Shown piece by piece: positions 17,987 through 26,364 of a stretch of DNA of 64,000 bases (positions are counted from its first letter, which is position 1; every line of letters begins with the position of its first letter). The DNA is from Planctomycetota bacterium. Its GTDB lineage: Bacteria > Planctomycetota > Planctomycetia > Pirellulales > UBA1268. Made by a program: the position numbers and the translations under genes. Under the pieces are notes generated by a model that searched no databases, was not told where the DNA came from, and was given only the letters and a program-made list of their open reading frames with translations. The stretch spans positions 2,289-66,288 of the forward strand of contig JAGWWA010000003.1 of NCBI GenBank assembly GCA_018970605.1. The letters run 5' to 3'.

Positions 17987-19657
17987 ATGGCAGGAACGTC
18001 GACGAACCGGAGTCGATCATGGGCGGGCCTGCTGCTCGCCTCGGCCATCCTTCTGGAGTCATGCCTGCCGGGTTTTGGCCTCCTGAGTCCCGGGACTCCG
18101 TTGGCTCGGGCCGATGACGAGCGTGGTGGTGACGAACCAATCGTTGTCGCCGAGTCGCCGGTCGCCGGCGCCGAGGCGGAGGATACGCCCGCCGCGGTCG
18201 AATCGGATGCGTCGGGCGAAGCACAGGAGTCGGCGGAGCCCCAGCCAACCGCTGCATCGGATCCGCCGGAAGAGCCCTTGACGGCCGGCCCGGTCGAAAC
18301 TGCCGACAACGGCGTGCTCGCATCGTCGCCATCCCACCGCATTCGGATCAAACTTGACGTCGCGGGCGAGATCTTCGCGCCGGCGGGTCGCGATGTGCCA
18401 CCCGTGAGACGGCCGATCGCGGTCGATGCGCGGTTCGACTTCGTGGAGACGCACTCCGACGAACCGGGCCGCGGCGTGACCCGCCGCTATCGCGACGCCG
18501 TCGCCGATGTGCGGGTCGATGACGCCGTTCGCACGACACGTCTGCCGCCCGACGCCCGCAGGCTGCGGGCGGTGCTCGAAGGGTCGACGCCGATGCCGTG
18601 GCTGGAAACGGGCTTCCTCAGCCGTGCGGAACTGGACCTGCTGGAGACGCCGTTCGATCCGCTCCTGCTCGACCGCCTCCTTCCGGAGAAGCCTGTCACG
18701 ATCGGCGATTCATGGACGGTCTCGGCTGACGCCGTCGCCGGCCTGCTGGCGATCGATACGGTGGAGTCGGGGAACCTCGACGCGAAACTCGTCGAGGTCG
18801 TCGATGGACGCGCCGAGGTGAAACTCGCGGGGATCATCGACGGGGCCGTTGACGGGGTGCCCACGCACGTCGTTGTGGAAGGCGCGTGTGGTGCGGCCGC
18901 CAGCGAGGTCGATGGCGGCGTGCGTGTGGGCGACGGGATCGCGAACCTTGCCGTGACGATTCAGGAACGACGCGAGGCGAGCCACGTCGCTCCCGGCTTC
19001 GACGTCGAGGCCAGGCTCACGGTTGCCCGCGTGTCGACGGAGGAGCAGGCAGATGCCGGCGGCGAGTCGGCGGAGCCCACCGGCACCGAAGGACGACGGC
19101 GGGGCAGCGGCAGGCCGGGATTCGTCTCACACCGCGATGCGGTGGGCCGCTACGACCTCGTGCACGACGCGAGGTGGCGGGCGATCGAGGACGGTCCGGA
19201 GGGCTTGGTGATGCGGTACGTCGATCGCGGGGCCCTGGTGGCGCAGTGCTCGATCACAGCGCTGCCTCGGGCGTCGTCGCAGTCGCCGCCCACCATCGCC
19301 GAGGTGGAGCGGGATCTCCAGCGTTCCCTCGCGGGGCAGTTCGGCAGGCTCGAGCACTCGTCCGAAGCGACGCGAAGCGACGGTGTCCGGCTGGTGCGGG
19401 TGGTGGCGACGGGCCGGGCTGACGGGCTGGCATTTCGCTGGATCCACTACGTGCTCACCGATGCGGACGGCGACCGGTTGGCCGCGACGTGCACGCTCGA
19501 GGATTCGCTCGAAAAGCGGTTTGGGACGGCCGATCGGGAGTTGGTGGACGGCATCAGGCTTCCGGCCGGCGTCGAATCGGGAGCCGAAACAGCGGGGAAA
19601 GATGGGAGCGGCCCCGACCGCGAGGCCCGGCTGCCGCAGGAATCCCGCACGCCTTGA
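17987..19657 (+). CDS. exported hypothetical protein with acidic N-terminal linker
   Basis: Signal-like WAGLLLASAILL, acidic linker, globular C-terminal part; start uncertain. Confidence 0.7.
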   Translation: MAGTSTNRSRSWAGLLLASAILLESCLPGFGLLSPGTPLARADDERGGDEPIVVAESPVAGAEAEDTPAAVESDASGEAQESAEPQPTAASDPPEEPLTAGPVETADNGVLASSPSHRIRIKLDVAGEIFAPAGRDVPPVRRPIAVDARFDFVETHSDEPGRGVTRRYRDAVADVRVDDAVRTTRLPPDARRLRAVLEGSTPMPWLETGFLSRAELDLLETPFDPLLLDRLLPEKPVTIGDSWTVSADAVAGLLAIDTVESGNLDAKLVEVVDGRAEVKLAGIIDGAVDGVPTHVVVEGACGAAASEVDGGVRVGDGIANLAVTIQERREASHVAPGFDVEARLTVARVSTEEQADAGGESAEPTGTEGRRRGSGRPGFVSHRDAVGRYDLVHDARWRAIEDGPEGLVMRYVDRGALVAQCSITALPRASSQSPPTIAEVERDLQRSLAGQFGRLEHSSEATRSDGVRLVRVVATGRADGLAFRWIHYVLTDADGDRLAATCTLEDSLEKRFGTADRELVDGIRLPAGVESGAETAGKDGSGPDREARLPQESRTP

Positions 19658-19827
19658 CGCTGCCTGGTTTCACGGCGACACTCCTTTTCGTGCGGAAATG
19701 CCCCTTTCGCTCGCGTCGGGGCGCTGCCGCAGTACGAGTTCGACAGGAGATCCGCCGGCCCGGTGTGCGAGCAGCACGACGTCGTTCCGGCTGGCGGTCA
19801 TCCGATCCGCGGCCGGAGGCGTGAGCC

Positions 19828-20328
19828 ATCGAGAAGCAGCATCGCATCAACGAGCAGATCCGGATCACTCCGATCCGGGTGATTTCGGCAGAAGGCGGAC
19901 AGCTCGGCATCATTTCGACCGACGAGGCGATGAGCCTCGCGCGGGAAGCAGGTCTCGACCTGGTGGAGGTGGCGCCCAATGAGAAGCCGCCCGTCTGCCG
20001 GATCATGGACTTCGGCAAGTTCAAGTACCAGCAGAAGAAGAAGCATCACAAGACCCACGTTCATCACGCAAAGATCAAGGAGATCCGCCTCCGTCCCAAG
20101 ACGGGTGAGCACGACATCGAGTTCAAGGTCAATCAGGCGAAGGGCTTTCTGCTCCACAAAGACAAGGTGGTCGTCTCGGTTGTCTTTCGCGGCCGAGAAC
20201 TCGCCCACATCGACGAGGGGCAGCGTGTCATGAAGCAGATCGTCGAGCAGCTCGAGCCCGTCAGCAAGGTCGAGGCGCCTCCGCAGCAGATGGGCCGCAG
20301 GCTCGTGTGCACCTTGTCGCCCAAGTAA
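19828..20328 (+). CDS. infC: translation initiation factor IF-3, non-canonical ATC start
   Basis: [43 protein letters not shown]; in-frame TGA at 19822 with GGAGG 8 nt before ATC 19828. Confidence 0.95.
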   Translation: MEKQHRINEQIRITPIRVISAEGGQLGIISTDEAMSLAREAGLDLVEVAPNEKPPVCRIMDFGKFKYQQKKKHHKTHVHHAKIKEIRLRPKTGEHDIEFKVNQAKGFLLHKDKVVVSVVFRGRELAHIDEGQRVMKQIVEQLEPVSKVEAPPQQMGRRLVCTLSPK

Positions 20329-20386
20329 ACCCAGCCGCACGTTCCCGCAAGCACCACCACCGTACCTCGCACCAGGAGCATCACCC

Positions 20387-20590
20387 ATGCCGAAGCAGAA
20401 GACCCACAAGGGCGTCAAGAAGCGTTTCCGGATCACCGCCACCGGCAAGGTGAAGCATCGCCGCGCCGGCACGAGCCACTTGCAGGTCCGCCTGACGGCG
20501 AAGCGGAAGCGGAAGCTCCGTGGCACCGGCGTGCTGGCGGAGTCGGACGTGCACCGGATCCACGACGCACTCGGCAAGTACAGCTACTGA
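20387..20590 (+). CDS. rpmI: 50S ribosomal protein L35
   Basis: MPKQKTHKGVKKRFRITATGKVK; follows infC; AGGAG RBS. Confidence 0.95.
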   Translation: MPKQKTHKGVKKRFRITATGKVKHRRAGTSHLQVRLTAKRKRKLRGTGVLAESDVHRIHDALGKYSY

Positions 20591-20709
20591 GTTCACGCAT
20601 GCACCGCCCTCGTGGCCGGTGCATGCTGGGCGTGAGAGCCCGCCATCCGGGCGGGCAGTTGGGTGGCGCTTCGTGGCCATGTTCGGGCTCCGCGTGATCC
20701 TCGCGTACG

Positions 20710-20757
20710 AGCCCAACGCCGTGAGGCGTGGGGCGAACTGCCGCCAGACGTCGCCTC
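20710..20757 (+). repeat. ~50-bp REP-like repeat, type B
   Basis: AGCCCAACGCCGTGAGGCGTGGGGCGAACTGCCGCCAGACG; copies at 37383 and 45136. Confidence 0.8.
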
Positions 20758-20836
20758 CCGTTTGATGCGCCGGGGACTCACCCTCTGCCATCCCCGACCT
20801 GCCATCCCTGACCCACGACGAACCGCAGGCCCGTAT

Positions 20837-20863
20837 CCCCTCGCTCGCGCTCCGGGCTTCCTG
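20837..20863 (-). repeat. REP-like hairpin
   Basis: CCCCTCGCTCGCGCTCCGGGCTTCCTG, similar to 5363-5389 and 5483-5509. Confidence 0.65.
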
Positions 20864-21106
20864 GGCAGGCCGGTCATCCGGGCGGTGCGGGGCACGCTAC
20901 CGGTGCGAGCCGACGGTCGGGGGCACGCGCAGCGGCCGGTGACATGTGCGGACGCTGGTCGCCGGGATACCGTTGGGGCAGAGAACTCGCACATGCCGCC
21001 GGCTGCGAGCATGTCACCGCCGGCGGCTCGTCCTACCGTTTGATCTCGCGCCCCTTCCCGCCCCCCGCTCACGAAAACCCGCCGAAATTTCCCCCCGCCC
21101 TTGCAA

Positions 21107-21135
21107 TTGCGTCGATTCACGCCAGATTTTAGGGT
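21107..21135 (+). promoter_or_regulatory. putative sigma-70 promoter for rplT-pheS-pheT
   Basis: TTGCGT-N17-TAGGGT about 50 bp upstream of rplT. Confidence 0.45.
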
Positions 21136-21183
21136 TCTCCATTCCGGGCCCCAGAGGCCCCCAGCCGTCCAAGGTTTCGAGCC

Positions 21184-21561
21184 ATGCGTACCAAGAGCGT
21201 CGTCCCGCGTCTCCGTGCCAAGAAGCGTCTCTTCAAGCGGGTGAAGGGCTCCGTCGGCGGTCGTCGCCGCCTGCTCCGCACCGCCAAGGAGTCGATCATC
21301 CGTGCCGGTGTCTACGCACGCCGCGACCGGCGGCGGAAGAAGCGGGACTTTCGGCGGCTCTGGATCGTGCGGCTCAATGCAGCCTGCCGCGAGCGGGGCT
21401 TCCGCTACAGCCAGTTGATCGCGGGCCTCGACAAGATCGGCTGCGAGCTCGATCGCCGGACGCTCGCCGAGATGGCGGTGCTCGACCCGACCGGGTTCGA
21501 TGCCATCGCCGCCGAGGTGCGGAAGGCCCTCGGCCTGCCGGAGCCGGCCGCGGTCGCGTGA
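21184..21561 (+). CDS. rplT: 50S ribosomal protein L20
   Basis: [42 protein letters not shown]. Confidence 0.95.
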   Translation: MRTKSVVPRLRAKKRLFKRVKGSVGGRRRLLRTAKESIIRAGVYARRDRRRKKRDFRRLWIVRLNAACRERGFRYSQLIAGLDKIGCELDRRTLAEMAVLDPTGFDAIAAEVRKALGLPEPAAVA

Positions 21562-21565
21562 CGCC

Positions 21566-22585
21566 GTGACAGCCGTGCCGCTCGACATGTTCCGCGCCGA
21601 ACTCGATCGGCTGCGGGCCGACGCGGAACTGGCCCTGTCGGCGGCGATCGATGCCGCCGCTCTCGAAGCGGCGAGAATCGAGTTTCTCGGCGCCAAGAGC
21701 GGGAGACTGAAGGCGATCCAGAAGTCGCTCGGTGGCCTCGCCCCGGCCGACAAGCCCGCCGGCGGCAAGCAGTTCAACGACGCGAAGAACGCCATCACCG
21801 CCTGCTTCGAGGCAGCGCAGGCTCGCGTGGCGGCAGGGTCATCGGGGCCGGCGGTCTCGGCGATCGACGTCACGCTGCCCGCCGATCCATTCCGCCTCGG
21901 CCACCTGCATCCGATCACGAAGACGATTCGCCGCGTCCAGGAGATCATGGGCCGGCTGGGCTTCGAGAGCGTCGATGGGCCGGAAGTCGAAGACCAGTGG
22001 CACAACTTCGAGGCACTCGCGATTCCGGCCGAGCATCCGGCCCGCGACCCGCTCGACAACTTCTATCTGGCAGTCGCCCGCGGATCCGACCCGCTTCTGC
22101 TGCGGTCGCAGACCAGCACCGTGCAGATCCGGGTGATGGAGAACCGCGAGCCGCCGCTGCGGATCGTGTCGCTGGGTCGCGTCTACCGCCCAGACACCGC
22201 CGACGCCACGCACTACCCGATGTTCCATCAGGTGGAGGGCCTGCTCGTGGAGCCCGGCACCACCATGGCCCACCTCAAGAGCGTGCTGCGGATGTTCGCG
22301 TCGAGTTTTCTCGGCGGCGATGTGAAGGTGCGGTTCCGGCCGTCGTTCTTCCCGTTCACCGAGCCGAGCGTGGAGGTCGACATGGAGTGGGGTGGCCGCT
22401 GGGTTGAAATGGGCGGTGCCGGGATGGTCGATCCGGCCGTTCTCGAGGCGGTTGGCTACGACCCGGACACCGTCACCGGATTCGCTTTCGGGCTGGGCGT
22501 GGAGCGGATCGCCGCCCGACGCCACGGCGTGGACGACATTCGCGACTTCTACCGCAACGACGTCAGGTTCCTGAGGCAGTTCTGA
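21566..22585 (+). CDS. pheS: phenylalanyl-tRNA synthetase alpha subunit
   Basis: [50 protein letters not shown]; start 21566 (GTG) or 21587. Confidence 0.96.
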   Translation: MTAVPLDMFRAELDRLRADAELALSAAIDAAALEAARIEFLGAKSGRLKAIQKSLGGLAPADKPAGGKQFNDAKNAITACFEAAQARVAAGSSGPAVSAIDVTLPADPFRLGHLHPITKTIRRVQEIMGRLGFESVDGPEVEDQWHNFEALAIPAEHPARDPLDNFYLAVARGSDPLLLRSQTSTVQIRVMENREPPLRIVSLGRVYRPDTADATHYPMFHQVEGLLVEPGTTMAHLKSVLRMFASSFLGGDVKVRFRPSFFPFTEPSVEVDMEWGGRWVEMGGAGMVDPAVLEAVGYDPDTVTGFAFGLGVERIAARRHGVDDIRDFYRNDVRFLRQF

Positions 22586-22589
22586 CGCC

Positions 22590-24650
22590 ATGATCATCTC
22601 CACGAACTGGCTGGCGGATTACGTGCAGGCCCCGGGCTCGGTCGACGACATGGTCGAGCGACTGCTCATGTCGGGGCTCAACCATGAGTCGACGACGACG
22701 GTGGGCGACGACACCGCGGTCGAGATCGAGGTCACGAGCAACCGCCCCGACTGCCTCGGCCACATCGGCGTGGCCCGAGAGGTGGCGGTGCTCTTCGGGC
22801 GGCCGCTCCACGTGCCCGACCCGCGGCCGCTCGAGGGCGCCGGCGAGGCCGCGCGGAGCATCGCCGTCGAGATCCGTTCGCCGGAGATCTGCCCCTGCTA
22901 CACGGCGAGGGTGATCCGCGGGGTGAGGGTGGGGCCGAGCCCCACGTGGCTCATCGACCGGCTGGCCACGGTGGGCGTGGCGAGCGTCAACAACGTGGTG
23001 GACGTCACCAACTACGTCATGCTCGAGAGCGGTCAGCCGCTGCACGCCTTCGACCTCGCGAAGATCCGGGGCGGCCGGATCGTGGTGCGGCGGGCGGTCG
23101 AGGGCGAGCCGTTCGTCGCCATCAACCACAAGACCTACACGCTCTCCGAGCGGATGTGCGTGATCGCCGACGCCGAGCGACCCGTGGCGCTTGCCGGCGT
23201 GATGGGGGGCGCCGACACCGAGATCGCCGCGGACACTGCGGACGTGCTCCTCGAGTCGGCGCAGTTTGCGCCGCTGCCGGTGCGGGCCGCCGCCCGCGGG
23301 CTCGTGCTCGCGAGCGCCTCGTCCTATCGTTTCGAACGCGGACCCGACCCCGCGATGGTCGATTGGGCGAGCCGCCGGGCCGCCGGGTTGATCCTCGAAC
23401 TCGCGGGCGGTTCGCTCGATCGTGGCGTCGTGGTGGCTGGGCAACTGGCCTGTGCCCCGGCCGAGATCCGGCTGGCCGCGGAGCGGGTCGGCGAGGTGCT
23501 CGGCGTCGACATCGCCGACGCCCGCCAGCGGCAGATCCTCACGGCACTCGGCTTTGTCGAGGCCCGCGGTTCCGCCCCGCATGACCACCGCTGGCGGGCC
23601 CCCACGTGGCGGCGCGACTGCTGGCGGGAGATCGACCTGGTCGAGGAGATCGCGCGGATCGAGGGCTATGGCCACGTGCCGGAGAACGCCGTGATCGCGG
23701 CGCGGCCGATCGAACTCTCGGCCCGCGAGCAGACGGTGCGGCGGGCCTCCGAGGTGCTCGTGGCCGCCGGGCTCTGCGAGGCGATGACGCGAAGCGTGGT
23801 GGCGGAGGAGATGGCCTCGATGCCGAGTCCGTGGGGCGACACCGCCCCGCTCGCGATTTCGCCCCCCTTGGTGCGCGGTGCCGACCGGCTGCGACGGAGC
23901 CTGCTGCCGAGCCTGCTCGACGCCCGTGCGGGGAACGAAGCCGTCGGCGTGAACGACGCCGACCTCTTCGAGATCGCCCGCGGGTATCTCGGCCGCCGCG
24001 ATGGCGAGCACGCGGCGAGGGGGCCCGTGGAGGAGCCGCTCCTGGCAGGGATCGTGGTTGGCGGTGGCTTCTCGAGGGCCAAGGGGCTCTGCGACGCGGT
24101 CCTCGCCGGCTTGGGCCTCGCCGGTGACGGGATTCGCCTCGTTTATCGGCCGACCGATTGTCCGCCCTTTGCGGTTGGGCGTGCGGCCGAGGTGCTGCTC
24201 GAGCGATCCGGCCACGCGGCGGAGCGGGTGGCGGTCGTGGGGGAGGTGGCCGCCGACATGGCCGGCCGGCTGGGTCTGCAGGGGTGCGTGTCGGCCGCCG
24301 AGGTGCGGCTCGACCGGCTCACCTTCGCAGCCTCGATCGAGCGGCCCCTCGTGAAGCCGAGCGACTTTCCGGCCGTGCAGCGGGATGTGAACCTCGTGGT
24401 GGACGAGACGGTGCCGTGGGGCGATGTCGAGGCGGCGATTCGCGCGGCGGCGGGGGCCGTCTTGGAGGACTGCCGGCTCGTGCAGATCTGGCGGGATGCC
24501 GACCGCCTGGGGGCCGGTCGTAAGAGCTTCGTCGTGGCGGTATCGCTTCGCAGCGCGACCGGCACGCTCTCGGGTGACGAGGCCGGCCGGATCGTCGATG
24601 GCGTGGTTGCCGAGTGTGGCCGTCGGGTGAACGCCGTGCTCAGGTCGTAA
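22590..24650 (+). CDS. pheT: phenylalanyl-tRNA synthetase beta subunit (short form lacking the B2 OB domain)
   Basis: [50 protein letters not shown]-terminal FDX-ACB-like domain. Confidence 0.95.
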   Translation: MIISTNWLADYVQAPGSVDDMVERLLMSGLNHESTTTVGDDTAVEIEVTSNRPDCLGHIGVAREVAVLFGRPLHVPDPRPLEGAGEAARSIAVEIRSPEICPCYTARVIRGVRVGPSPTWLIDRLATVGVASVNNVVDVTNYVMLESGQPLHAFDLAKIRGGRIVVRRAVEGEPFVAINHKTYTLSERMCVIADAERPVALAGVMGGADTEIAADTADVLLESAQFAPLPVRAAARGLVLASASSYRFERGPDPAMVDWASRRAAGLILELAGGSLDRGVVVAGQLACAPAEIRLAAERVGEVLGVDIADARQRQILTALGFVEARGSAPHDHRWRAPTWRRDCWREIDLVEEIARIEGYGHVPENAVIAARPIELSAREQTVRRASEVLVAAGLCEAMTRSVVAEEMASMPSPWGDTAPLAISPPLVRGADRLRRSLLPSLLDARAGNEAVGVNDADLFEIARGYLGRRDGEHAARGPVEEPLLAGIVVGGGFSRAKGLCDAVLAGLGLAGDGIRLVYRPTDCPPFAVGRAAEVLLERSGHAAERVAVVGEVAADMAGRLGLQGCVSAAEVRLDRLTFAASIERPLVKPSDFPAVQRDVNLVVDETVPWGDVEAAIRAAAGAVLEDCRLVQIWRDADRLGAGRKSFVVAVSLRSATGTLSGDEAGRIVDGVVAECGRRVNAVLRS

Positions 24651-24695
24651 AACACCGGTCGTTGACGACCGGCTCAGCCGTCGGGAGCGGTGTGC

Positions 24696-26012
24696 ATGCC
24701 CGAGCCGCGACAGATCACCGCCGCCCCTCACGGCCACGTGCTCACGAACTGCGGTGTCTGGTCACCCGACTCGCGGTGGATCGTCTACGACGTTCGGTCC
24801 ACTCCGGACGGCTCGGTCTTCGACGGCACGCGGATCGAGCGGGTTGATGTGGAGACGGGGACGGTCGAGGTGCTCTACGAGTCGCGGCATGGCGCGTGCT
24901 GCGGCGTCGTGACGGCAAGCCCGGTGGACGACCGCGTGGTCTTCATCCAGGGGCCCGAGTCGCCAGAGCCCGACTGGACGTATGGCGCCGCCCGCCGCCA
25001 GGGCGTGGTGGTGCGGGCGTCGCGGCCCGGTGTGGCCGAGAATCTCGATGCCCGCGATCTCACGCCTCCCTTCACGCCCGGCGCCCTCCGCGGCGGCAGC
25101 CACGTGCACGTGTTTTCGCCCGATGGTGCCGCGGTGAGTTTCACCTACGAGGACGCCCTGCTCGAAGCGGCGGCGGCTGGCGGTGTGGCCGCTGAGCGAA
25201 ACCTCCGCGGCGTGGGGTTGAGCGTCTGCGGAAGGCCGACGACGGTGCCGAGGAGGCACCCGCGCAACCACGACGGCTCCACGTTTACCGTGCTCGGATC
25301 GCGACTGTGTGATGTGCCGCGGCCGGGCAGCGACCAGATTTCGAGAGCCTTCGAGGAGGCTTGGATCGGTACGAACGGCTACGTGCGCGCCGACGGCTCT
25401 CGGCAGCGGAGGGCGATCGCGTTCCAGGGCCACGTGGTGACCGCCGCAGGAGCGACGATCGGCGAGGTGTTCGTCCTCGATCTCCCGGATGATCTGGCCG
25501 ATCTGGCGGTCGCCGGCGACGGGCCGCTCGAGGGCACGGCGGTCACGCGGCCTGTGCCGCCGCGCTGCGTCAGGCAGCGACGGCTGACGTTCACGGCCGA
25601 CCGCCGCCATCCCGGCATCCAGGGGCCGCGGCACTGGCTGCGGTCGAGCCCCGACGGCGCACGAATCGCGTTTCTGATGCGGGACGACGCCGGCGTTGCG
25701 CAGCTCTGCGTCGTGAGCCCTGCCGGCGGAGAGCCGCGGCAGGTCACGCACGACGCGACCGGCATCGCCAGTGCGTTTTCCTGGAGCCCCGACGGCTGCA
25801 GGATTGCGTGCGTGATCGACGGGAGCGTGTGTCTCGTCGCTGTCGACAGCGGCGAAGTGACCAGGGTCACGCCGCCGGTTCGCGACAGCTCGGCACCGCG
25901 ACCGGAGGCGTGCGTGATCTCGCCCGACGGGAGTCGCATCGCCTACGTGCGTCATCTCGCCGCCAGCGCAGGCCGGGCCTGGAATCAGATCTTCACCGTC
26001 GGGACTGTGTAG
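24696..26012 (+). CDS. DUF3748/YidR-like TolB-type beta-propeller protein
   Basis: RQIT..HGHVLTN..WSPDSRWIVYDVR, GALRGGSHVHVFSPDG, GIQGPRHWLRSSPDG. Confidence 0.8.
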   Translation: MPEPRQITAAPHGHVLTNCGVWSPDSRWIVYDVRSTPDGSVFDGTRIERVDVETGTVEVLYESRHGACCGVVTASPVDDRVVFIQGPESPEPDWTYGAARRQGVVVRASRPGVAENLDARDLTPPFTPGALRGGSHVHVFSPDGAAVSFTYEDALLEAAAAGGVAAERNLRGVGLSVCGRPTTVPRRHPRNHDGSTFTVLGSRLCDVPRPGSDQISRAFEEAWIGTNGYVRADGSRQRRAIAFQGHVVTAAGATIGEVFVLDLPDDLADLAVAGDGPLEGTAVTRPVPPRCVRQRRLTFTADRRHPGIQGPRHWLRSSPDGARIAFLMRDDAGVAQLCVVSPAGGEPRQVTHDATGIASAFSWSPDGCRIACVIDGSVCLVAVDSGEVTRVTPPVRDSSAPRPEACVISPDGSRIAYVRHLAASAGRAWNQIFTVGTV

Positions 26013-26039
26013 GACGAGTCACACGTGATCCGTGCGCAC

Positions 26040-26322
26040 GCCCCCATCGCTCACGCGATTGGGCTTCCTGAAGCCATCACTGCGGTGCCCCACGCCTCAC
26101 GGCGGTGGGCGTCCTGAAGGCATCACTGCGAAGAGCTCGGGGCTACCCGTGCCCTCGAGCGGGCTGTGGGAGCAAGCGAAGCCAGGATGGCGAAGCGCAG
26201 CGGACACGCAGAGAGCCGAGGCCAGGATGGCTGAGGCGAACGTCCAGCGAGAGGGCATGGGTAGCCCCGAGCGTTGCAGCTGGATAGGCGTGCCCTCCGC
26301 GCTGACGAGATTGGACTTCCTG
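26040..26322. repeat. mosaic repeat cluster: REP-like hairpins (26040-26070, 26087-26116, ~26292-26322) flanking the ~135-bp element
   Basis: Direct matches to repeats at 6862, 46047 and 20710; lies between convergent genes. Confidence 0.85.
26135..26272 (+). repeat. ~135-bp hairpin/MITE-like element, copy 2
   Basis: GCTCGGGGCTACCCGTGCCCTC...GAGGGCATGGGTAGCCCCGAGC arms; two internal GCCAGGATGGC hairpins. Confidence 0.9.
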
Positions 26323-26364
26323 CGCCCGCGGGCGCTCCGATTGACGGAGGCGCAGCAGGTTTCG

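Noticed and set aside
20663-21132. Small ORFs in the rpmI-rplT spacer
   Set aside because: They are Arg/Pro-rich, cross REP repeats and lack an RBS or recognisable homology.
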